DNA of 64,000 bases from Trypanosoma brucei (taxonomy: Eukaryota), in assembly GCA_000002445.1 (NCBI GenBank), contig CM000208.1:928001-992000 (forward strand). Direction: 5' to 3'. Shown here piece after piece: positions 32,515-42,823 of this stretch. Made by a program: the position numbers and the translations under genes. The notes under the pieces are model-generated. The model ran no database searches and was not told where the DNA came from. It saw only the letters and a list, made by a program, of their open reading frames with translations. Positions within the stretch are counted from its first letter, which is position 1, and each line of letters starts with the position of its first letter.

Positions 32515-34439
32515 AAGCGATAGAGTGAATGCAAAAAATAAAACCGATGAAAACTAACAAATTCCCTCGCCCACAGCACTATGGGAACAGGTGTGAAGAA
32601 CACAAGAGAGCACCGAAACAAGAAATGACAGAAGAAAATAAGGGAAATATATACGCCAAATGAGTTTTTTTTTAAAAAAGAAAACTGCCACCGATGTCGG
32701 GGCGCGACTCAAAGGAGGCGCAGTCATGCGCGCAAACATAAATACAAGGGAAGTACGAGCGGGTGGCAACCGAGCACAAACGTAATTAGGAAATGTCATG
32801 GTGCAAGTAGGCAGGACCCCCTAACCCACTGACACAACTTCCTGAAATTTTACCGCTTAAGCAGAAGAGCCCCCAGATTTCCCCCCTTTCTTATAACCCT
32901 TCAATATAACACACATACGCATATCTCGTTTCCCATGCTCTTACCAAACCACGACACCAAAACATCACAGAAAGCGGCAAATATTATTTTTATCGATATT
33001 ATATGATGCCGGTGGAAGGCACACTGTTGAAAAATCTCTACAGTTGCCATTATTCAAAGTTTGTCAGTCAATCTCAATAACAACAAAAGAAAAAGTTATG
33101 ACGCGTCTGAAGGCTAAACTGCAAGTTACTGCACCCGAAGCGACTTTACCGCACTCACATAAATGACGCATACACGGAGAAATATATGTTTATAAACATA
33201 CAACGACACCGTCAATATTGGCGACAACAACAACGACAAAAGAGAGATGGATGTGGAAAAATACAATGCTATTTTGCTAACTGAAGTTGTGTATATCAAA
33301 GCAACTGGCTCACTTCAAAACATTCATGATCACAAAAAGAGGAATAGACAAGGTGAAGATATGGAATAAAACGCAAAACAAACAACCGAAAAAAAAAAGA
33401 TAATTGCGCTACTGTAAACAACCAAATGAAAAATATAGAAAAAAAAAATGTGCGTATTCATAGTAAAAAGGAGAAAAAGGGAATGAAAAGAGAGCTACTC
33501 GCAAAAGTAAGGCGGAAAGAAAAAAAAAAGAGCCAGCTGTGATAAATGTTAAGTCACGCACAAACTGTAGTATGTCGCAGTGGTGTGCCTTCCATTCCTC
33601 GAATGTGCATGGACGGAGAGAACAACAAAAAGGTTTGAGAGCGTCAGTATTGACAAAAAAAGGAAAAAAAAGAAAAAATGATCAGTGGTAATGATACTAA
33701 TAATAAGAATAATGAAGAAGAGGAGTGGAGACAAACTCACTTTGATGTTGCCCCTGACGTCCGTGTCGAATTCTCCATCTTAACTTTCCCATTTATCAAA
33801 AATTATTATTAATGATAATAGAAAATGAATAAGTGAATGCACATTCACATTCACTCTATGCCCGATGCTCACAACACACGCCACAAACACTTTAAAAATG
33901 TGTATTTTTCTTCCTTCCGATGTCAACCATTCATCAGGGTCCCTTGAGGCGTCATCCCCTCAATGAAGAGAGCAAAAGTAACCCCCTCCCCCGCAAAAAA
34001 AAAAACGATAAAAAATATCAAAAGAAAAAAAAAGAGTAAATAGTCCCCGCGCACAACAAAAAGGAAGTAGGAAGACAACATGTTCGCTACTTCTTCTTTC
34101 CACTTTGTGTTTTGCTCTTCTGTCTTCACATCCACCGCCATCCTGACACCTCTCCTCCATCACACGAAAACAACCAAACGACAAAAAAAAACATCAGAAA
34201 AGCGAATCGCTGGCACTTGCCAAGTGGAACAAAAGTACAAATCCCGTTCTTTGGGGAGTAAATATTGGTTTCAGAAGAAGGAAAATAACAACCAAGACGA
34301 ACAAACAAATACGGAATTCATATGAACAAAGAAAGAAGAAAAGGAATGATAAATCAACAAACTTTAGATGTCGATGTTACGCTCCTCTATTTATCTATCG
34401 TATTTTCATATTCCTTTATCTTCATTATCATTTCGCACG

Positions 34440-35948
34440 TCAGGTACCACAGCCGCACTGACTCTTACTTGGGTTGTTGGTATTTGTTGTGCCGAACACT
34501 AAGAAAAAGACCACTTCCGATATGTTCAGCTGACCGCGCAATTTTTTAGTATTAGGATCAACAAGGAACAGCTCCCTCACCCGCTGACGTACAAAGAAAA
34601 TAAATATTTCACGCAGCGTGTCATTCTCATAGAATACCCTAATCTTCTTTGGCGGTCTATCGCCAAGCGCGCCTCGTACGGTGAGTTGTGTGTTGTAAAC
34701 CCCATTATCTTCAATCCGCACAATATCACTGCGGCCAATGGCATCAACGACAACATCATTTTCTGACACCACAGCGATACAATCAATATTGTGCAGCAAT
34801 AGCAGACGTAGGGCATCCAGAAATGGAGTCTCTAATGTTACGCTAATAGGTGTCTTACGATGCTGTCCAAGTTGAGGAACAAAACGAAATGGTACGTCAG
34901 TAATCGCCTTATACGGCCCTACGCTTGCGTAGCTGCCAAAGTCAACTGGATTCTCCCGCCCCTCATTTAGTACGAGGTCGTGTAAATTACGCACATGAAG
35001 AGGAAGTGTTACACCTCCCCTCGAAAACTCGGAGTTGCTGGCGACTACACTGTCAATGAAGGGACGGTATCCGGACACGGCTTCTAACGCACTCGGCCCC
35101 CCCGTACCTTCTGCGTAATCCGACGCCTCCCGACTCGTGATGGAGGAACTCATCGCCGTGTCTGCACTGACCCCGCGAGGGCCAGATCCCTGTGACTCCA
35201 CAGAAAGAAAAAGCGCCCCCAAGTATGATAGAATTTGCTGAAGGTCGAGTAACGCCTTTACGTTAAAGTCCTCACTTTCCTTTTCTACAAGAACGACAAT
35301 ACGTTTCGCTTTATTGTTCATTATCTGAGCCAAGCATTCACTCACTGATGTCTCTGATGTACATGTAATAAGTGGCGGAACAGGGGAAAGCGAACACAAC
35401 CTATCAAATGAGTTTGCCAGTGTTTCTGCCTCAGTTGCACCTGCGTTCACAGTGCCACTGGGTTTATAGTTTCTGACCTTTTCGCGCCAATACCGAATGG
35501 TGTACTGGGGAACTCGTTCCGCCTCATCGGGATGATCGCTACAGTACAGCAATATTTCAATATAATCTGTGGAGCTCAAGACCCCACAGACGGCGCATTC
35601 CTCCCTGTCCCACAAGACGCAAGCGGCGAGCCCTCTCTCCTGCGCGGCGATAAATGCAGTCGTTAGTTCAACATCCACATCAAGTAGCACAACTTGGGTG
35701 GATGTTCCGAGAACTTCGTAGCATCTGCAGCGGGAGAGTAACTCCCTTACAGGATTCGCCAGTTGTTTACACTCATCATCAGTAGGGAAATACCCCACTT
35801 GTTGACTGGTCCTGTGACCATGCGATTCCGGTCCAAAGTTATTACTGGTGATACTGGAGGCAGCGACGGCGACACTGTTGCGGCGAGACTCAGAACTTGC
35901 AGCTATGTACGCTGCGGGGGTATCAAATAAATGGTCATACTGAGACAT
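34440..35948 (-). CDS. AMPKG: AMP-activated protein kinase gamma (SNF4-like) regulatory subunit with four CBS domains, 502 aa.
   Basis: The first CBS domain (CYEVLGTSTQVVLLDVDVELTTAFIAAQERGLAACVLWDREECAVCGVLSSTDYIEILLY) aligns closely with CBS1 of human PRKAG1. Three further CBS-like repeats follow. The position relative to FRD and ASAT fits the T. brucei AMPK gamma locus. Confidence 0.85.
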   Translation of the reverse strand: MSQYDHLFDTPAAYIAASSESRRNSVAVAASSITSNNFGPESHGHRTSQQVGYFPTDDECKQLANPVRELLSRCRCYEVLGTSTQVVLLDVDVELTTAFIAAQERGLAACVLWDREECAVCGVLSSTDYIEILLYCSDHPDEAERVPQYTIRYWREKVRNYKPSGTVNAGATEAETLANSFDRLCSLSPVPPLITCTSETSVSECLAQIMNNKAKRIVVLVEKESEDFNVKALLDLQQILSYLGALFLSVESQGSGPRGVSADTAMSSSITSREASDYAEGTGGPSALEAVSGYRPFIDSVVASNSEFSRGGVTLPLHVRNLHDLVLNEGRENPVDFGSYASVGPYKAITDVPFRFVPQLGQHRKTPISVTLETPFLDALRLLLLHNIDCIAVVSENDVVVDAIGRSDIVRIEDNGVYNTQLTVRGALGDRPPKKIRVFYENDTLREIFIFFVRQRVRELFLVDPNTKKLRGQLNISEVVFFLVFGTTNTNNPSKSQCGCGT

Positions 35949-37184
35949 AGCTTCTTCCCCTCCGCACTGTATCCTTCTCTTTGTTTTCTCTGTATCGTTT
36001 TATTTTGTAATGTACTTTTTTTTTTATTTCTTACTTTTAATGCTTCCCTCAAAGTGAATCCTTACCTTATTCGCCTTTTCCCCCTTTGTTACTTTACAAG
36101 CTCTTACTCACCCCCAACGTGGCCAATGTTCTACACTTGTTTATCTCCGCTACTCTTATTTTCACTTATTTCCCTTTCAAAGTACTAAGGAATGTATATA
36201 GACCCTACCGTTCCTTTGTTCAAAACAGGTGAAGAACGTTTTTGCTTTTAATCCCGTTTTTCTCCTCAGCTAAACTACACAGGAAAATACGCGGAAAAGG
36301 AAATAGGAGAAGAAAACATGAAATGAAATGGAATGAACAAATGAATCCATAGTAAACCAGTTAAAATTAACAACAGTAGCAACACTTTTTTTTTCTATTA
36401 TAATTGTCCCTTGCAGGTTGATCCCTTCACTTCTCACCCCGTCATCAAATTCAGCCCCTTTTGGAGTTGCTGAAGCGCGAGGGAAATAAATACGTGGAAT
36501 CACACTGAAGTGGTTATCAATATTACGGCAGTAACATTGATGCCACCGACGATGAGTGTTGGTCGACGGGAAGACGCTTCGTTCCCCTCTCCCCCCCTAT
36601 ACTCACATATATTAACATCTTCCCCTCTTTTGCACGTGTGGGTGCTGTTTATTTTTTTTATTTTCGTGTCGACCTGATTTCAAAGGATTGGTTCATTTTA
36701 ATATGATAGTCTCACTAAGTCGGAAAGTAATACATACATAGCTTGCTATAAATATATGTTCCTGTCCCATACACTTTCCTCTTACTTCCTTCAATATACC
36801 TTTAACAACAACTCTCACTGCTTCCGGTACTTGAATACAAATGCGTAAGTCCTTCCTTTGTGAGAAAAGGTAGTGAGCCAAAAAAAAAAAAAACAAAACA
36901 GCAACACTAAGTTTTACAAAAGCGTTTGTGCAACGGACAAGGACACATAACGAAAGCGAGCGCACAACATACATGTGAAGAAGGGAAAGCAAAGTGAAAA
37001 GATGAAACTACTAGTGTTAGAGGGTAGACGAAGGTGACCCAATAGTCATATATGTGTGAACGCATATATGACTGCAAGAATTCGCATCATACCCTTGACA
37101 AAGAGAAAATCGAATAAACGCCAGCCACTGCTCAAAACAGCGAATGCACTGCTGCAGCACATAGTTTCAATTTCCAGCATCACG

Positions 37185-37880
37185 TCAACTCACCATATGA
37201 TCGCTTCCCGTACGAGGCTGAATGAGCTTCTTCCAGTTCAGCAAGTAGGCGTTGATAACCGCCCGCACCATTGTGGAAAGGTGAGTGGTGGCCAACTCGA
37301 CCTTCAGCATGAAATCCGCGTCAATTTGGCGAAGTTCCAACAGAAGAGAAGGAGATTGGCTTCCTCCCTTTGTCTTGCCGCTCTCCGCATCAACGCTTCC
37401 AAGCAACTTATCCTCCACTGTTGATCGCGCGCTCAAGTACTCCCGAAGGGCATACATTCCAATAGGTGTCGGTGCGCCGCCGCTGCCACTCTTTTCACCA
37501 CTTCCGAGCGTCTTAATCTCAAGTTCGTCAATGACTTTCAACACAGCGTGCTGCACAGCCACACCAAGGTTATCTTCTTCCTTATGCTCGGGGATGCGAA
37601 TTGCGATGACGGTCCGGATGGTTTCTGCCTGGCAATAAACGTTGTGGCAAAGATCTTGGTATCGCTGCAGCACTCCCAAAAGTTGTTCTGGCGACTTTTC
37701 AGCCTGGGCACGGCCGTACGTGCTGTTACGAATGGTGGCATGAGCCTCGACTGCCGCCTTCGCGATTCCTTCAATCTCCTGAAGTGTACCGGCGGCCCAT
37801 TCCTCGATGACAGCAAAGCTGCTTGTTTCCGTGTAACTATCACGAAGATTCTGAATGAGTGCGGCGCGTTTCGGTGGCAT
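37185..37880 (-). CDS. PA26: Proteasome activator PA26 (11S/PA28-like regulator), 231 aa from the second in-frame Met.
   Basis: From MPPKRAALIQNLRDSY... to the C-terminal ...GSDHMVS, the translation matches the T. brucei PA26 sequence and its length of 231 aa as I remember them. The six extra codons upstream (MCRWNL) are probably 5'UTR. Confidence 0.88.
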   Translation of the reverse strand: MPPKRAALIQNLRDSYTETSSFAVIEEWAAGTLQEIEGIAKAAVEAHATIRNSTYGRAQAEKSPEQLLGVLQRYQDLCHNVYCQAETIRTVIAIRIPEHKEEDNLGVAVQHAVLKVIDELEIKTLGSGEKSGSGGAPTPIGMYALREYLSARSTVEDKLLGSVDAESGKTKGGSQSPSLLLELRQIDADFMLKVELATTHLSTMVRAVINAYLLNWKKLIQPRTGSDHMVS

Positions 37881-38361
37881 TAGATTCCAACGACACACAG
37901 CACACGACCCTGGGGAAATGTATAGTTAGTTCGGTTATCCTTCCCTTCCAGGAGTTACAAGATTTGATCACTCTTGTATCTTGGATATTTGCTTGGTTTG
38001 GTCTTAACTGTCGCGTTTTCCTGGTGTTAAGCAGAGAAAATAAAAAAAGGATATAATACAAAGTCGCTTAATGGTGTGACTGCGCTAAGAAAAACACGTG
38101 GAATCAGTCGTACGCCATTGAGTGTCCCCCACTTTTCTCGTCTACCGTTACTTCCCGAACGACCGTAATCACGTCTCCATGCAGATTCAATCGTGGAAAC
38201 TGGTAACACTGCGAAACGTAAGTAAAAAATGACTTTATTACGGGAGACAGTGTATCATATTGTCTGCACTATCCGGAAATACCAGCGCAACAGGCATACG
38301 TGTGTGCAACCTGTCCACTGCAACTGAGACAGCGAGAAAACCAACAATATATAAATAAACG

Positions 38362-38362
<1 letters not shown>

Positions 38363-38391
<29 letters not shown>
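38363..38391. repeat. (TA)n microsatellite.
   Basis: Perfect TA run of about 14 units. Confidence 0.95.
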
Positions 38392-38392
<1 letters not shown>

Positions 38393-38488
38393 CACGTTTA
38401 TTTAAGCATCACAAAGAAAATGAAAAACACGAGTAGCCACAACAGTGCATTGAATTATTGTATTGTAGGCGTCATCTGCATCAGGTGC

Positions 38489-40255
38489 TCACCATCTATT
38501 CCGCTTACGGGGTCGGGGGACCGTCAGTGACGATTTTCCACTAATAGCTTTCCCCTTCTTGGCACCAGCGTCCAGTTTTACAGACGACTGCACCGACCTC
38601 CTCCCTTCGCGCTGCAGCCCGTTTGATACCTTTATGGGTTCAACAAACTGCGTCCGACAAGTAAGCCCCACAGGGCTTGGACTACGCCTGGAAAAGACAT
38701 AAACGGGAAGTTGTGGGGGAAGCACAACGCATGGCTCTTCAACTTCCGTGGGGATGTTATCATTTCTATTTCCCCTCGTAATTACACGTGGTCGCACAGG
38801 TGAAATGGTATCGTCAACAATAGCGGATGCACTGTGACCAGTCATCTCGTATGGAAAGCGGCCGTCACAGTTGAACACCTTGGGTGGTGTGATGTCTTCA
38901 TCGTAGTCATGGCATACAACTACGGGAGTTTCGCGAACGTCGATACCTTTCGTGGGAGTTTTAGTATACACCTCACTGAGGTACTTCGGTTCGTCCTGCT
39001 CCAGTTTACAATCCTTCCCTTCCTCTAGCGAACTAAGTGCATTATTCGTTTTGGGTGGGGATAAACCTGATAACCCTCCATCAACGTTCTGACAAACTCC
39101 TGCCGACACCGAGTCAAGGGGTTGCGGGAGGCGACGTGGAGCAACCGACTCCCGATAGCGTGCTATTCGCTTGCCACCGACCTCAACAAATGAGGGAATA
39201 GTAGTTCCACATTCCGGAAACGAGGCTGTAGAGCAACCAGGTGAACCATTAGATCGTTGGGGAGCGGTGTGATTATAAGACAAATATTTACTTTCATCCC
39301 CGTTAGCAACATGCACACCGTAGGTCAAACCACTTTGTCCCGTAGCTCCCGAGTTCACGTTATCCTCTGGTCGAAGCGGCTGCAGTATACCACCTTCTTC
39401 ATCAAACGGGTTCTCCAGAAACGAAATGATGTCATTCTCACAGAGACAATGGCTGCGTCCTTGTGGAAGCTGTCTATCATTCACATATAGTGGGTTAGAA
39501 CCGCTGTTAAGCAAGCAGAAGTAGGGCCCCTCGAACTTCGTTGTCCCATTATCGCCGCACTTATATCCTGTTGTACTGCGACCACTGTTTGTTCCTGAGG
39601 GAACGCCCCACGTCATGGGTGGAAACTTGGAAAGCACTTTCCTGTGGAACACAGTATTTTCGACATGAACAACACGGCATTGAAGCCGACTGATGGACCC
39701 GTGTTTTAGTCGGTAGTCAGATGGCAAGAGCGTATGACGACCCAATACCACATGCGGTATTGTTTTCATCCATTCGTCCGTCTGAACACCAGCTAGTCCA
39801 CTACTCGCCTTGGTGTTGCATACACTTCCCCTCCCAACACGCCGCGGAATGCGATTTTTCTTTACTCTGGCAGAACCGCTATCTTCACTCCAGCTGTTGT
39901 AGAAATGCTCCAGCAGCAGTGGCTGTGGGGATGTGGGAAGAATGAGATCATTGTTACAGATGCACCCGTTGATAACTTTTAGTTGCCATACCGGCAATGG
40001 CACATCCCCTCGCATCAGTCCGTAGTAGGTTGCGTTGACCAACAGCAGCAACGGATGTATATGTCCTTTTATCTCCAGTTCGTGCGTTCCTCCTCTTCCT
40101 CTTTGCCGGTCCAACCCTGCGGAAGATAGACCTAACAAACACACCGCAGGGAAGAGAGACAATATGGGGTTAAAAAGTACAGTTAATTTCTTCAAAATAA
40201 CGAATATCAGTGAACACGGGTGCGTGAGACAAGAAAAGGAAATACAATAACGCAC
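38489..40255 (-). CDS. Hypothetical protein with an FHA-like domain (588 aa ORF; the real start is probably an internal Met near 40015, giving about 509 aa).
   Basis: The candidate FHA segment is VVLGRHTLLPSDYRLKHGSISRLQCRVVH...NPLYVNDRQLPQGRSHCLCENDIISF, which has GR...S..H and N..Y/NG..L-like spacing. The first 80 residues are a hydrophobic, Leu-rich stretch with no upstream polypyrimidine tract. A minus-strand polyY tract at about 40110-40140 precedes the Met of MRGDVPLPV. Confidence 0.55.
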   Translation of the reverse strand: MRYCISFSCLTHPCSLIFVILKKLTVLFNPILSLFPAVCLLGLSSAGLDRQRGRGGTHELEIKGHIHPLLLLVNATYYGLMRGDVPLPVWQLKVINGCICNNDLILPTSPQPLLLEHFYNSWSEDSGSARVKKNRIPRRVGRGSVCNTKASSGLAGVQTDEWMKTIPHVVLGRHTLLPSDYRLKHGSISRLQCRVVHVENTVFHRKVLSKFPPMTWGVPSGTNSGRSTTGYKCGDNGTTKFEGPYFCLLNSGSNPLYVNDRQLPQGRSHCLCENDIISFLENPFDEEGGILQPLRPEDNVNSGATGQSGLTYGVHVANGDESKYLSYNHTAPQRSNGSPGCSTASFPECGTTIPSFVEVGGKRIARYRESVAPRRLPQPLDSVSAGVCQNVDGGLSGLSPPKTNNALSSLEEGKDCKLEQDEPKYLSEVYTKTPTKGIDVRETPVVVCHDYDEDITPPKVFNCDGRFPYEMTGHSASAIVDDTISPVRPRVITRGNRNDNIPTEVEEPCVVLPPQLPVYVFSRRSPSPVGLTCRTQFVEPIKVSNGLQREGRRSVQSSVKLDAGAKKGKAISGKSSLTVPRPRKRNRW

Positions 40256-40517
40256 ATGTCCATATTAAATTCACCTCTGTCCATACGTAAAGTGTGAACA
40301 CGTGAGCCCTATTCACTCCCCTGCTTCACGGCCACTCTGCCAGCAACACCAACACACAACCCCCCCCCACACACCCCACAGGGTAATGGGAGCAAGAAAA
40401 CAAATATTTTGAAGCTCCCCTCCCTCCATCCATCCATACGAGCGAGCAAACTAACATTAAAAAAAACACTCACCTCTCTTCAAAACAACTACTGCCTGGC
40501 GTATTTAACCGTCCTCG

Positions 40518-42545
40518 TCACCGTGCTGGTCGCGCCCACGGGTCCTGGGCTACTCGTTCCGGTATGGGCCCCCTATCCGGCGTGTACATTTCCTCCTGTC
40601 GACTCTCCTCCAGAAGCTCAAAAAGCCCACGAGCCCTCCTCTTCAGTTTCTCTCTCCCCGACTCCCCGTGCCGCATTTCTTCTTCCTCACCCGTTTCCCG
40701 CTCCCGCATTGTTGCGTGCTCCATATCTCTCTGGCGCATCACAAGGAGTTGTAGGAAAATGCTGAAAATCAGCATAGCAACGAGCAACCTGGGCGTGCGC
40801 GCGTACTTGGAGTCCAATGTGGGAGCGCATTTTGGGCACTTGCACCAAAAGCGGTACCGGTCATGAAGCACATACTGACGGTTGTCAAACGACCACTCAG
40901 GTGGTACATAGCTAATGAGGATTTCGGAGCCCGCAGGAATGTCAGCGGTAGCACGACAGCAGAACAGATATTCCACAGTCCCACTAGGAATTATTTGGTT
41001 ACCATCAGCATTGTGCACATCCTCCATGCACTCATCCTCACTAGCATCCCTATCGCTTTTCGTGTCACTCGTGGTGTTACGCCCACTCGTGGCATCAACT
41101 ATGTCATTGTTGCTGCTTTTCGTGTACTCACCGTAGTTGGTAGCACAGAACGCGGCATTGGCCGAGTCCCCCAACTCGTCAACGTAGTAATCTGTCTCAC
41201 AGAAAGTGTGCGCCGGAATTACATCGTACGTTGCATTAGGAGAACAACTGTGGTTAAAAAAACCTGCTTCTGGAAAGTATGCCATACCCTTACGCACGGC
41301 GTACGAAGACTCCACGAGAAAGCTGTTCATATCCATAATGGCTGCTAATCGCGCAATGTGGATCTCGTGCAACTCAAGAGCACGCAACACCTCCGCGCCG
41401 CCAATACACTCCAAAACCTGTTTGGTTGCGCTGCGCGGCCAATGCAACAACAAGGATGATGGCTGACCTGTTAAAACCCAGTCGTGTAGGAAGTCCAACT
41501 TTTGCGGGTTTCCATTGCAGAAGTTATTGTACGTGTCCGACAAAACGTCCGTGCACATCTCCACTAGACGCTCGATCTCACTTTTCACGCCAAGATTCCT
41601 CGCAGTGTTGCGGACGATCATAATGGTTTCACCAGCCGACACATCCCGAGTTGTAAAAACACCACGACCTGTCAGTGCAAAGCTATTCTTGATGACTGTC
41701 TCCTGTAGCACCTTGCCATTGCAAGACGGTAGACTTTGGTGCAACGTAGAGCGATGCTGAAGGCCGCGAAAATCACGAGGGAGAGGTAACATTACCTCCC
41801 CCATCGTTGCTGCAGCCACCTCCGTGGTATTATCAGAAGTAAACGCGTCCTCAAAGCCCACCTCACCCGTTCCCACCACTCCCAGCTGACCATCTCCATG
41901 TACAATAAACGGACCAGTCGGTGTCTTCTTTACCCAGGGGTGCGATTGTGCAGGTGGGAGCTCCGGGACGTTGTCACGCCGGTCGTATACCGGGTAATCT
42001 GGGTCAAGTGCTACCACAAGCATTTGTTGATGTCGCTTAATCCGACGGAACTGAGGAACAACGTCATCTGGATGGGGAGGGTACGGAATGGTGGAGTTGC
42101 GTTGTTGGTGGTGGTGCGCGATTTCACGCTCCTTTCTAAACAAAAATGCACGCACCTCATTTTCCGAGAGGTCCCCCACCCGATTTCCGCCAAAGACAGT
42201 TTCTGCTTTATCATTGATACCGTTGACGCCTTCTCCGCCTCCACACCGGCTTAGTTCATCTGCTTCCTCCGATTTAGACTTCTGCGGGTCGTGCAGAGTT
42301 ACGTGCACACGCGGGTACGCAGCAGATGTTTGCATCATCCGCGCATTCACTGCCTCAGTGCGGGGGACAGATGCGGAGCCGCAATAGTTCTCACCGGTAT
42401 GGCAATAAGGCGGTGTTTGCTTTCCTTCATCGGCACTTGTCCCATTCTTCTTGGCACTCTGCTGGCGACGGGAAACGAAGCAGCTGATGCAGTGCGACCT
42501 CAAGACGCCATTGGCACCTGGGAAATACGGACGCATCAAAAGCAC
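40518..42545 (-). CDS. SET-domain protein, a putative protein-lysine methyltransferase, 675 aa.
   Basis: The SET-N region reads GRGVFTTRDVSAGETIMI. The core signature is GFFNHSCSPNATYD. An acidic insertion of about 90 aa follows, then ELISYVPPEW and a post-SET Cys cluster (CKCPKC). The C-terminus is a coiled-coil/EE-rich tail. Confidence 0.8.
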   Translation of the reverse strand: MLLMRPYFPGANGVLRSHCISCFVSRRQQSAKKNGTSADEGKQTPPYCHTGENYCGSASVPRTEAVNARMMQTSAAYPRVHVTLHDPQKSKSEEADELSRCGGGEGVNGINDKAETVFGGNRVGDLSENEVRAFLFRKEREIAHHHQQRNSTIPYPPHPDDVVPQFRRIKRHQQMLVVALDPDYPVYDRRDNVPELPPAQSHPWVKKTPTGPFIVHGDGQLGVVGTGEVGFEDAFTSDNTTEVAAATMGEVMLPLPRDFRGLQHRSTLHQSLPSCNGKVLQETVIKNSFALTGRGVFTTRDVSAGETIMIVRNTARNLGVKSEIERLVEMCTDVLSDTYNNFCNGNPQKLDFLHDWVLTGQPSSLLLHWPRSATKQVLECIGGAEVLRALELHEIHIARLAAIMDMNSFLVESSYAVRKGMAYFPEAGFFNHSCSPNATYDVIPAHTFCETDYYVDELGDSANAAFCATNYGEYTKSSNNDIVDATSGRNTTSDTKSDRDASEDECMEDVHNADGNQIIPSGTVEYLFCCRATADIPAGSEILISYVPPEWSFDNRQYVLHDRYRFWCKCPKCAPTLDSKYARTPRLLVAMLIFSIFLQLLVMRQRDMEHATMRERETGEEEEMRHGESGREKLKRRARGLFELLEESRQEEMYTPDRGPIPERVAQDPWARPAR

Positions 42546-42564
42546 AACAAGAGCCGCCTAACGT

Positions 42565-42591
42565 ATAATATATATATATATATATATATAT
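42565..42591. repeat. (TA)n microsatellite.
   Basis: Perfect TA run. Confidence 0.9.
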
Positions 42592-42823
42592 CAAACACGC
42601 ATTTAAATTCAAAAGAAAATTAAACAAATGAAACTATGTGAATGTAAAGCACGAAAAAGCGTAGCAAACTCCGCTAAATGGAGCTATCAACTTTTCGAAA
42701 CAACATATTTATGTGCGTGCACGCATATCTCTCCCGGAGATATTCAAACGAACACCACCTGCAACGGCAACCAAGAACCAACACGACATCTCTCCCCCCT
42801 CACAACTGATGCCCCATTTTTCA

